47,781 nucleotides of DNA from Octopus bimaculoides (GCF_001194135.2 NC_068986.1:50134188-50181968), one strand, 5' to 3'. Positions 35,847 through 46,660 are shown, counted from the first letter of the stretch. Numbers and translations: made by a program. The notes: generated by a model not told the origin, from the letters alone.

Positions 35847-36439
35847 TCTGCCGATAATAGTGCAGGGCTATCAAGGCCGTAGATTTACTCATCTCTTCTA
35901 TCGACTAACGCTTTTAACAGGTACATTAATTTCTGAAGACGTTTATTCAGGTGACCAGTAAAGTGAATAACGCCCATCAGAAGAAAATCGATTTCATAAA
36001 AAATTCAGTGATGACACTCTTTGATAGATCATTGTTTCTAAATCTGCATATACCGGAAGTAGAGCTGTTTGTTATTTGACTGATATGCTAGACCACGCCT
36101 TTTTTTTTCTTTCCATTTTTCAAACACGTATAGTTCCCCGAGTGACCGCAGTTATTTCAAAGGAGATAATCACTGCTTCATAGTATTTGGTGGGATTAGA
36201 AATTCGAATTGGAAATTAAGGAACAGTAACGAAAAACGTACATAGAATTCACATTTTCATTTAATTTTTTTTTTTTTGTTTCTTTTTTACGTATTACGAA
36301 GTTTTTAAAGTTCCTACAAGTTGGTAATCATATGTAACACCGTTAAGAAGAAAAGCCGACAGCAAACAGCCAAGTCATATAATTTAGGTTTGTTTAAATG
36401 ATATATAAAATATGAAATTTGTTTACAATTTCTCACCTG

Positions 36440-36601
36440 TATTAATATTTAATTTTTGCTTTCTCTTTTGTCTTTCTAGGTAAGTATCTTCATCTGTCCT
36501 GTCGTGATTTATAACTTTCTGTCTGAATATTTACTTCTCAAACAAACACTGGCACATTTTGGAGCTGTTCTCAGTTAATTAACGCATTTCCATTCTATAA
36601 G
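36440..36601 (+). promoter_or_regulatory. Candidate recursive splice site (AG 36478-79 | GTAAGT 36480-85) and RS-exon-like segment ending at AAG|gtaagc (36601)
   Basis: About 25-nt pyrimidine tract, 90-nt AG-free zone, consensus donor regenerated at the junction, second donor 122 nt downstream. Confidence 0.45.
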
Positions 36602-36941
36602 GTAAGCTAGTAATATATATATATATAGGCACATAAACATTTATGTATATTTTGTACATTACATTTGCAATATCAAATCAACAGCTTACTGTTCTCGTTG
36701 GTAAGAATAAAGTTTCCAAAAATGGAAAGAGAGCTTCAATGTATTTCTTTGGTGCTATGGCAGAACGTCTGTCGTGTTTAAAGATGTGGTTTCGAATCCC
36801 ATGGATAGCCTTCGACATTTTCTATCTTTTGCACTTTTTTCAACGTGATATTTACACATTATTTACAGCTCGTCCCCCACCCCCAAAAGAATATCCATAT
36901 TTCTACATTATATTCAATGTATATATATATATAATTATATA

Positions 36942-37100
36942 TATATACCATATTCCATATATATATGTATACCATATTCCATATATATATGTATACCATA
37001 TTCCATATATATATGTATACCATATTCCATATATATACATGTATACCATATTCCATATATATATATATATATATCATATTCCATATATATATATATATAT
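36942..37100. repeat. 24-bp minisatellite gtataccatattccatatatatat, about 6 copies
   Basis: Direct reading; gives the HIPYIYVY repeats in the ORF track. Confidence 0.9.
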
Positions 37101-37459
37101 GTATATATGAAAATATTATATTCCATGTATATATATATATGTGTGTGTGTGTGTGTATTATATTCCTTATATATATGTGTGTGTATACTATATTCCATAT
37201 ATATATTATATGTATATTATAGTCCACATATATCTATATTATATATATATTACATTCCGTGTGTGTGTGTGTGTTTGTATTTATATTGCAGCTGTAAATC
37301 TTCTAATTCTAATCAGTTTCTAGAATTGAAATATGGGGTTCTTGCTAAATTTCCAAACTGGGTTTTTTAACGAAAGATTAAATAATCTACCTCTTGAAAA
37401 TAGGCTGTTGTCCTGAGAAACGTCGGGAAATTAATTTGCAAAAAAATGTTTTTACCTTA

Positions 37460-37490
<31 letters not shown>

Positions 37491-37653
37491 TATATTTTTA
37501 CCTTGTAACTTAATACTCGATATCGAAGATAAGACTTATTACTTGCTAGATGTTCTTCGATTGGTACATTCCAGATAAAACTAATTATTTGGGTTTGTTT
37601 CTCATTATGTGCATATACGTATATCTATATATATATATATATGCATATATGTA

Positions 37654-37699
<46 letters not shown>

Positions 37700-37811
37700 T
37701 ATATGTATATATATGTATGTATGTGTAAATATGTGTGTATATAGATATGTATGTATGTAGATATGCATGTTTTATATAAGTGTATATATATATGTATGTG
37801 TGTATATATAT

Positions 37812-37878
37812 ACTCTTTTACTTCTTTTAGTCTTTTTGACTGTGGCCATGCTGGAGCACCGCCTTTAGTCGAGCAAGT
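37812..37878 (-). mobile_element. SINE family C 3' end (runs into gap)
   Basis: ctcttttact...gactgtggccatgctggagcaccgcctttagtcgagcaa. Confidence 0.85.
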
Positions 37879-38039
37879 NNNNNNNNNNNNNNNNNNNNNN
37901 NNNNNNNNNNNNNNNNNNNNNNNNNNNNNNNNNNNNNNNNNNNNNNNNNNNNNNNNNNNNNNNNNNNNNNNNNNNNNNACTACAGTATCGAAATGTGATT
38001 GTTTCAGTTAGTGGAATAGTTTCATTTGACGTGAGTGTT

Positions 38040-38257
38040 TTTATTTCACTTTTGACACGTAATACTTAAATAGTGGAGGAGATATTATGTTGCCGTGTGC
38101 TCGAACTCTGCAAGAAGTTAATAATTTTATTTTGACTAAAACACAACTGGAACCCTAAGTAAGGCATGTGTAAAATTTGAATGAAATTGGTTGCGTAGTT
38201 CTCGAGTTTTAGGGATTCACACAGACAGACAGACATTCTCATTTTTATATATATAGA
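38040..38257 (+). mobile_element. Possible non-autonomous Helitron/Helentron-like (Lep1/DINE-like) 3' part
   Basis: aaaatttgaatgaaattggttgcgtagttctcgagtt...(cagacaga)n cattctcatttttatatatatagat resembles the microsatellite-carrying Lep1/DINE-1 architecture from memory. Confidence 0.45.
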
Positions 38258-38358
38258 TTATATGTGTATCGAGTTTGTTACATGATGTACATATATATAT
38301 ATGTGTGTGTATATATATATATATATTATATGTGTATCGTGTTTGTTACATGATGTAC

Positions 38359-38394
<36 letters not shown>

Positions 38395-38634
38395 TTTTTT
38401 TTATAGTTTCAGCTTTGAGCTGCGGCCATGCTGATGCACCAATATATAATGGCTGCAACAGTATCAATATAAAGGAATATGGCCGCCACGCTATTCCCTT
38501 CTCTGTTTATTCCATGTTGTAGTTGTTATGGTTGTACCTTGATAGGTGCTCGTGATTCGATGTTAGGATGTGTGTGTGTGTGTGTGTGTGTGTGTTTATG
38601 GTTACATGATGAGAACAACACCGAGTTTGATAAT

Positions 38635-38850
38635 GTCGGTAGTAGTAGTGGTGGTGGTGCTTGTAGTAGTAGTAGTAGTGGCAGTGGTAGTAGTGGTAGT
38701 AGTAGTGGTGGTGGTGGTGGTAGTAGTAGTAGTGGTGGTAGTAGTAGTAGTAGTAGTAGCAACAGTAGCACCAGCAGTAGTAGTAGTAGTAGTAGCAGCA
38801 GCAGTAGCAGTGGTGGTGGTGGTCCGTGTGATGGTAGTATCAGCAACGAT
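38635..38850. repeat. (AGT)n/(GGT)n/(AGC)n field
   Basis: Direct reading. Confidence 0.92.
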
Positions 38851-39585
38851 ATGAAGACACCGCCCTTTCAGTTTAAATTACTCAGCGAAAAGACAGTACC
38901 TTTCATTTTTTTTGTAGACATTTTGTTGTAGTTCATATGATTGTTTAGCTCAAAGTCAGTCTTGATCCAAGAGACTTACGATAAAATTCATTACAGCCGT
39001 TACCATCTTGTCTCTTTCCTTAGTGCAAAGAATCCCAAACCACTTAGCACAGCGTGTCGCCAAAGTTATAAAACGACAAAACATAATGTCAGGGAGATAC
39101 AGCTATCTTTCTAACGCGTCCAGTTATCACATAGTGGGTCCTTCGTTGGTTCGTCCTGTATATCCTTTAGAATATCTGTATATCTTAAAACAGTATATTC
39201 GTAGTTCTAGAGATTTGAACAGTACGCTCTTTAGCTCTGTAAAGATTTGAACAGTGCGCTAACTTTAGCTCTGTAGACAGACGTTTTAGCAGCCGATTGG
39301 TGCTTCAGTATTGGCAATGTTCTCAATGTAAAATCGCCTTGAAAGATTACCAGATTTAGCAAAATCCTTACGTAAAGTCAAATATTTTGCAGGTGTCAAC
39401 GATAAAAAGCAATGTTTTTACAGGTTTTGTTCTTAAAAGTAAAATATCATCTATGTTTCTGACTCAGAAATAGTACAAGCCTGCGGTACATGTAGCTCTA
39501 GTATCAAGACTTAGTCGGTGATTGTTGTTTAATATCTAGGTTAACGCTGATAAAACAGACCTTTAGCACGTAGAAAGCTCAAGGG

Positions 39586-39831
39586 TCCATCCCGAACCAT
39601 AAGGCTCATGAGGCCGGGTTCCCGGATTCTGTGACGTATATATTCCACCAATTCCTGGATGGAACACCGGCCCGTCACTGGATTACTCATTTTTGCCAGC
39701 TGAGCAGATTGAAGTAATGTGAAATAAAATGTTTTTGCTCAAGAACAGAAACGCAGCGCCCGGTCTAGGAACAGATACCATGATTTCACAATCACGAGTA
39801 CAACACCCCTAATCGTCGATCCACGCGCCTC
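39586..39831 (-). mobile_element. SINE family A3, degenerate
   Basis: Reverse complement resembles 20124-20367 (ctcatttttgccagctgag, gctcaagaaca, ccacgcgcctc). Confidence 0.75.
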
Positions 39832-39971
39832 AACATGTAGATTGTTATCAAATCACATGATTAGATTCACTGGACCATTGCTCTAGAATCATCATATTTC
39901 TGCCTGATTAAGAATCACACTGCGAAGCCAAACATACAAAGTGGTTTGCCATCGTTGATATTATATTTCTT

Positions 39972-40217
39972 GTGTAAGGAACCGATTCTGGCAGAATCGT
40001 TGCCGAGTTGGACAAAATGCTAAGCGGCATTTCGTCCATCTTCATGTTTTGAGTTCAAATTCCTCCGAGGTCGACTTTGCCTTTCATCCTTTCGAGGTCG
40101 ACTTTGCCTTTCATCCTTTCGAGGTCGATAAAATAAGTACCAGTTGAGCACTGGAACTGATGTAATAGACTTACCATTTCCCCAAAATGGCTGGTTTTGT
40201 GCCAAAATGTGAAACCA
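39972..40217 (+). mobile_element. SINE family B with internal 27-bp tandem duplication, 14-bp TSD
   Basis: TSD atattatatttctt at 39958-39971 and 40218-40231. Confidence 0.88.
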
Positions 40218-40334
40218 ATATTATATTTCTTATTGTGACCATTAGAGTTGTTGCTTTAACCCAAGGCTAGCCCTCATCAAGCAGATCTCTAGTTATGTCT
40301 CCCAGTCGTAAACATCCAGCCTTTTTTTAATTGG

Positions 40335-40555
40335 AATATTGGTTTAAAATTTAGGCACAAGGCCATCAATTTCAGGGGAGGGCGTAAATCGATTACTTCG
40401 ACCCCAGTTCTCAACTGGTACTTAATTTATCAACCCTGAAAGGATGAAAGTCAAAGTCGACATCGGCGGCGTTTGAACCCAGAATGTAAAGACGGACGGA
40501 ATGCCACTAAGCACTTCACCTGGCATGCTAACGATTCTGTCGGCTCACTGCCTTA
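40335..40555 (-). mobile_element. SINE family B
   Basis: Reverse complement of the family B pattern. Confidence 0.9.
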
Positions 40556-40568
40556 GTAGTAGTAGTAG

Positions 40569-40773
40569 TCCTTTCTATAATAGGCACAAGGCTTGAAGTT
40601 TGGGAGCGTGGGATAATCGATTACATCGACCCCCAGTACTCAGCTGCTACTTAATTTATCGACCCCCGAAAGGATGAATGGTAAAGTGAACCTCGGTGGA
40701 ATTTGAACTCAGAACGCAAAGACGGACGAAATGCTGGCAAACATTTTGCCCAGCATGTTAACGATTCTGCCAA
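40569..40773 (-). mobile_element. SINE family B
   Basis: Joined to the previous copy by (AGT)n. Confidence 0.9.
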
Positions 40774-41469
40774 CCATTCGCAACCCATTTTTTAGTCGGA
40801 ATATTGCAATGCATCCCTTTATTTCTTTCTTTCTTTCTTTCTTAATGTGTGATTTGTGCAAGATTTAGCTGAATGTCGAGTGACCGTATTTATTATATAC
40901 ATTATTTCCGTTAACTTTTAGTCTTAGTGGCGGCTACAGCTATTGCTGTAACTGTGCGATATTTGCTCTTGTGTTCGGTTTCGTGTTTTGTTGAATTTTA
41001 GAAAAATTTAACGAAATAGAATTTTCTTTGTCAAACTTTTCTTTTGTGTTTTCGTTTATTGCATTTGGAACATAACTTTAAAAAGCAAACTTTTTTTACG
41101 TAAAATGCTGTTCAAAGGGGTTAACTCTATTCAGATCAATCCCCCCCTGAAACCAACCTTTAGTTGCTATGATTTTAAAATATTAAAAGAGTCCATTTTA
41201 ACGAGTTCGTGTTTAAATTAAAACTTCTATCTTAATTTCTATTTAAGATCCTTAAAAAAAATTTTTTTTTTTTGCTAAGTTATGTTCCAAAATTCGGTTT
41301 AATAATAACAATGTTAGTTATTTTACGAAATCTTTTTAGATGATCAATCGATTGATTTCAAAAGTAACTGAAGCGTATTACAATTCCATTAGATATAGGG
41401 TCATAAAGAGGCTAAGATTTTAGCTGTGGTTACTGTTGTGCTTATAAGTTTTGATTGAGGTTTTGTGGT

Positions 41470-41655
41470 TTCTGTTTAAACCCAGGTCAACTCTAGTCAA
41501 GCAGACCTAGGATAAAGACGTTCTAGTCATGACCACCCCGTTGTTTTCTCTTAGGGTGGGGTAGGGGTTCAGATGTAGTTTAGCGAGGGTAACATTATCC
41601 AATGTGTCCTTCCTTTTACAAAACAGTTGGATACAATTTGAGTGAGAATTGGTTG
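41470..41655 (-). mobile_element. Family D
   Basis: tgtttaaacccaggtcaactc...gcagacc...cattatccaatgtgtccttcc. Confidence 0.65.
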
Positions 41656-41814
41656 GGTACAGAGGAGTAGCTAGAGTGTGTGCCACGCTGAGCAGTTCTT
41701 GAGTTTTCCGTCCAGCCCCCCTCGGTGGGGGGGGGGCTATACGGGTTTATAGAGTAGAACCAAAAATGCCGCCCTCATGAAGGCGTGTTCGGAGAAGACT
41801 ACCACTCCCTCTCA

Positions 41815-42175
41815 CCTAGCTCGAGTGGTTAAAGCAGCGGACTCGCGGTTTCGATTCCCAGACCGGGCTTTGAGAGTGTTTGAGCGAAAACACCTAAAGC
41901 TCCACGTGGCTCCGGCAGGGGATGGTGGCGAACCCTGGTGTACTCTTCCACCACAACTTTCTCCCACTCTTACTTCCTGTTTCTGTTGTGCCTGTAATTC
42001 AAAGGGTCAGCCTTGTCACACTGTGTCACGCTGAATATCCCCGAGAACTACGTTAAGGGTACACGTGTCTGTGGAGTGCTCAGCCACTTGCACGTTAATT
42101 TCACGAGCAGGCTGTTCTGTTGATCAGATTAACTGGAACCCTCGACGTCGTAAGCGACCGAGTGCCAACAACAAT
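41815..42175 (+). mobile_element. SINE family A with a deletion in the tRNA head
   Basis: Matches the reverse complement of 35458-35846 except that about 14 nt after gactcgcggt are missing. Confidence 0.92.
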
Positions 42176-42190
42176 ATTACGGTCACGGAA

Positions 42191-42400
42191 AAGGCGGTGA
42201 ACTGGCACGATCATTAAGCTCACCGGGAAAAATTCTTAGTGGCAGTTTAAATTCTGCCAAGGTCGACTTTGCTTTTTCATCCTTTTGGGGGGTCGATGAA
42301 ATAAGTACCAGTTGAGCGCTGGGGGAGGAGATCGATGTAACCGACTTATGCCATCCCCCTAAATTGCTGGTCTTGTGACAAAATTTGAAACCATTATTAT
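42191..42400 (+). mobile_element. SINE family B
   Basis: aaggcggtgaactggcacg...aaaatttgaaaccattattat. Confidence 0.85.
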
Positions 42401-42635
42401 AGCGGTGGGTTATCAGTGGCGTTAGAGCGTCAAACGCAATTATATGCAAGTATTCGTTCTAGTCCTTTACGTTCTGAGATCAAATCCCACTAATTTCAAC
42501 TGTTTTTTTTTTGTTTTTTTTCACCTTTCTGGTTCAATAAATTGAAGTATCGTTCTTGTAGTGGGATCAATCAAATCGGCTTACCCCATCACCCCCGCTA
42601 AATTTATATCCTTTGGGAATATGTTAGAAACCATT
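42400..42635 (+). mobile_element. Old, diverged B-related SINE
   Basis: ctttacgttctgagatcaaatccc...gggatcaatcaaatcggctta...gttagaaaccatta. Confidence 0.55.
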
Positions 42636-42642
42636 AATCTAT

Positions 42643-42876
42643 TAAGGCGGCGACTTGGCAGAAACGTTAGCACGCTGGGCGAAATGCTTAGCGATATTTC
42701 ATCCGTCTCTACGTTCTGAGTTCAAATTCCACCGAGGTCGACTTTGCCTTTCACCCTTTCGGGGTCGATAAATTAAGTACCAGTTACGCACTGGGGTCGA
42801 TGTAATCGACTTAATCCGTTTGTCTGTCCTTGTTTGTCCCCTCTGTGTGTAGCCCCTTGTGGGCAGTAAAGATATA
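42643..42876 (+). mobile_element. SINE family B2, full length, 17-bp TSD
   Basis: TSD agaaaccattaatctat at 42626-42642 and 42877-42893. Confidence 0.95.
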
Positions 42877-42994
42877 AGAAACCATTAATCTATCTTGCTG
42901 TTCAGCCTTAGTTCAGCCCTGATCAAGCAGAACCCCAAAGCAAAGGCATTTCATCCTCTCATATTTTCAGACGTAGTATATCGAGGGCTGTGAA

Positions 42995-43300
42995 AGCGCG
43001 TGACTTAGGAGTTAGAGGAATTCGGCTCACGATTGTAGGGTCGTGAGTTCGATTCCCGGCAACGCGTTGTGTCCTTGAGCAAGACATTTTATTTCACATT
43101 GCTCCAGTCCGCTCAGCTGGCAAAAATGAGTAGTACCTGTATTTCAAAGGACCAACCTTGTCACATTCAGTGAGAACTACCTTAAGGGTACACATGTCTG
43201 TGGAGTGCTCAGCCACTTGCACGTTAATTTCACGAGCAGGCTGTTCCGTCGATGAAATCAACTGGAGCACTAATCGTCGTCGTAACCGACAGAGTGCCAG
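42995..43300 (+). mobile_element. SINE family A2
   Basis: Head gcgcgtgacttagg...gagttcgattccc, body gcgttgtgtccttgagcaagac, family A 3' module. Confidence 0.88.
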
Positions 43301-43464
43301 TCTTTCTTTTTCTTTTTTTCATTTCGATGGCTACATCATCTCAGAGATCTTTCCATTATCCCTATAATATTTGGGTTTTTTTTACCTGGAGCCCTAGAAC
43401 TACATAAAGCTGTAGTTCAATTTGGTTTCCATAGTATAGACTGAGATTATCAGTGCCCCTCCCC

Positions 43465-43620
43465 ACTGAATGGAACGCATGTCCATTGCAGAGTTAACTG
43501 TCCGCTATTACTGGAATTATTTTACTGCATAGACTGGAGTAACACCCGGCCCAAGGATCGAAACGACCATCTTACGATCGTGAGTCCAACACCCAAATCA
43601 CTGAGCCACACACCTTCACT
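43465..43620 (-). mobile_element. Degenerate A3-type SINE
   Basis: ggatcgaaacgaccatcttacgatcgtgagtccaacacccaaatcactgagccac. Confidence 0.55.
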
Positions 43621-44331
43621 AATTGTCACAACGTTAAACCGTTTATTCTCTGAGGGATATTTTGACTGCTATTTCTAATGGGTTGCATGGCCGGTTAAAG
43701 GCTCCCCCTTTTATGATTCTCGTCTGATAAGGTCGTTCGTAGCTGATAAAAAAAAAACTTGTTAAGGGTTGTAGGTGTTTGAAACAAACAACCAGTGTTA
43801 ATGAGGCTGTCAGGAGTCCAGAGAAAAGGAAGGGGAACAAGAGATAACTCGAGGGTGGTTGCGGTGGGGTGGGTGGGTGATAGTAGGGGGTTTGATTTAG
43901 GGATGTATTCTAGAGTGCATTCAAACCGGACGATAACATTTTGACAGGGAACGCAGTAGATAAAGGACAATTCGTGATTCTCATAGTTGTGGTGGTTGAT
44001 TCATCCCGGTGGAATAAAACTGCAAGCAAAGACGTTCTAATCATGACCATTCCACCTTTTTTTCATCCAGTACGTCTTTTTCGAAAACGATGACGTATGA
44101 TTGAGGGTGTCTGGCTGCTGTTTCTAGTAGAGTAAGTGACCCTTACAGAAGCTCTCAGTTTAGTAATGGCAGTATTAGTGGTGGTCATATTGATGCTTGT
44201 GTTAATGGTAACACTGGCAGTGTTCAGCCCTAGGCTAACCCTAGTTGAGTAGATTTCTGATCAAAACCATTCCAACCGTAACCATTTCGTCTAGAACATC
44301 ATTGTCCAATGTATTATACTTTGTTTTAAGA

Positions 44332-44455
44332 CGGTGCAGTGGTTAGGGTGTTGCATTCACGATCGCAAAAATCATGGTTTCGATTCTCGGACCGTGTGGT
44401 GCATTTTGTCCTTGAGCAAAGCATTTCATTTCCCGTTTTTCCCGTCTACACAGCT
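44332..44455 (+). mobile_element. Degenerate A3-type SINE head
   Basis: gtggttagggtgttgcattcacgatcgc...ggtttcgattctcggacc...gtccttgagcaaa. Confidence 0.65.
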
Positions 44456-44643
44456 GTAAATTATTAAACCTAGCGATGATGTAGCAATGTTGTGATCTCA
44501 CTTACTACACTCCATGGAAATCGAGTGATCGGCCCCATGAGTGCTTAGCTAGTTTTATACCTAACATATCGAGCTGTCACATTGAAGTATTTTCATTGGT
44601 TCAACAACATTGGTAGTGTTGCAACGGTGGTGGTGGTGGTGGT

Positions 44644-44866
44644 AATATTGGTTTCAAATTTTGGCACAAGGCCAGATATTTTGGGGAGAGAGGCTGAGTT
44701 GGTTACATCGACCCCAATACTCATCTAGTACTTATTTTATCGATCTCCAGAGGATGGAACACAAAGTCGACCTCGGCAGAATTTGAACTCAAAACGTAAA
44801 AACGGACGAAATGCCGCTTAGCATTTTGTCCGGCGTGCTAACGATTCTGTCAATGCTCGCCGCCTT
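44644..44866 (-). mobile_element. SINE family B
   Basis: Reverse complement of the family B pattern. Confidence 0.9.
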
Positions 44867-44897
44867 GGGTGTAATGGTAATGTTACGGTTTAGATCA

Positions 44898-45469
44898 GGG
44901 CGCCGAGTTGGCAGAATCGTTAGCACGCCGGGCAAAATGCTTAGCGCGGCATTTGGTCCGTCTTTACGTTCTCAGTTCAAATTCAAGCCGCGGTCGACTT
45001 TGTCTTTCATCCTTCAAGGGTCCGATAAAACAAATATCAGTTAATCAATCACTGGGGCTGATGTAATCGACTTAAGGATCCTTTTGGTTTGACGGGCAAC
45101 ATTTTTCATTTATGTTTTATGTAGTGTTTTTGGTACCGAATAGTGATATAATTAAACAGGGAATAACACACTTGACACCGGCAAAAAAAATTATTGTTAC
45201 AAAACAGCATTAACTGTATTCAGTTGAATAGACGTCAGTGATTGGTTGAAATTACAGAAATACAACTTTAACATGAAATAACTTGCAATGTACAATTTTT
45301 TTAAAGAAGGCTAAGAGAAAAAGTTGTTTTACATGACACATTCTACCAGTATCCCAAGTTTGAAAGTGTTCCGTTAAGAAAATAAGTGTTGCCCGTCAAA
45401 CCAAAAAGATCCCGACTTAATCCCCTCTCCCGAAATTGCTGGCCTTGTGCCAAAATTTGAAATCAATAT
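44898..45469 (+). mobile_element. SINE family B interrupted by a TIR element
   Basis: Body to gtaatcgactta (45074), resumes at gacttaatcccc (45414) through to the tail. Confidence 0.88.
45075..45413. mobile_element. Non-autonomous TIR element (MITE), 26-bp TIRs, 6-7 bp TSD
   Basis: Left aggatccttttggtttgacgggcaac; right reverse complement gggatctttttggtttgacgggcaac (24/26); gactta(a) duplicated. Confidence 0.85.
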
Positions 45470-45598
45470 CAAGGGACAAATAAACGACAGTAGTACGAAT
45501 TGAAATCTCGAGTTCACCCATTCCTTACGTTTCACAATCATGGCGTTTCTTTTTCTTTTACTGCCTTCTCCATTCCGTCCCACTCCCTCACAAACCCT

Positions 45599-45656
<58 letters not shown>

Positions 45657-46125
45657 CTCGCACACATACACATACACACATGTCAGTCGTACTTTATCAA
45701 CGTCATTCTATACTCTGCATCAGTCTTTTGCAGACCAACCACCAACCACATGTCTTATCTCCCTTCCAACCATTCTCTTGTCATGTCACCATCGACTTCC
45801 TCCTCCCACTACTACTACTACTACCACCACCACCACCACCGCCGCCACCACAATTCCTTCCACTTCTCGTTTCATCCCAGTTCCCCTCTATCCCTCCCAC
45901 TTCCTATCTCGCCCAGATAATGTCATGTCCACCCNNNNNNNNNNNNNNNNNNNNNNNNNNNNNNNNNNNNNNNNNNNNNNNNNNNNNNNNNNNNNNNNNN
46001 NNNNNNNNACCCGCCCACTGTTTCACTCATTGCGTCACTATGTGCACTTTCTTCCCCTCCTCCTCCTACTACCTGTTATGTCAAAGAAAGATATACTATT
46101 GAAGACATGTGTGCGTATATGCGCA

Positions 46126-46161
<36 letters not shown>

Positions 46162-46215
46162 TTATTGCCACGAAGTCACATATATGTGCGTGTGTGTATG
46201 TTATTGTTATAAATA

Positions 46216-46250
<35 letters not shown>

Positions 46251-46444
46251 TTCTTTACGAGCAGGAAAGAATGTGGAAGTACATCTACGTACATATGATT
46301 GGATGAATACATTGGCGTGAAGTGATTGTCTGTTTGTAGTCATATATACATACAAACATACATACATACATACATACATACATACATACATACATACATA
46401 CACACATAAAACAAAACAGAAATCTCCTCGTATACATCCATACA

Positions 46445-46565
46445 TACGTACAAAAATTCCCTGTTGTTGATGTTGAAATTCCATTGAAGGAACCCTTGGA
46501 TCTTCGTTAGAAACCGGCTCTTTCTCTATCGATAAGAAATCTTGAACTAAAACTGAATAATGACA
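46445..46565. mobile_element. Short interspersed repeat, probable LINE 3' UTR remnant
   Basis: ctgttgttgatgttgaaattcc...gttagaaaccggctc...aaactgaataatgac; recalled as a common octopus repeat, single copy in this window. Confidence 0.35.
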
Positions 46566-46660
46566 CACACACACACACACATACACATATTGTGTGAGTG
46601 TGGATTTGTTTCATCTTGCCCCTTCACTTCTAACCAGTTTCGAGACACACGTGGTGCATT

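Noticed and set aside
36008-36083. GTGATGA...CTGA spaced like C/D snoRNA boxes
   Set aside because: No terminal stem, and only a gapped resemblance of the putative guide to 18S rRNA; the motif pair is expected by chance
38479-38931. 150-aa Gly/Ser-rich ORF with ATG
   Set aside because: Built from (TG)n and (AGT/GGT)n repeats
39182-39275. Two to three copies of a unit of about 32 bp (agatttgaacagt.cgct..tttagctctgta)
   Set aside because: A real but trivial local tandem duplication; too few copies for an array with any inferred function
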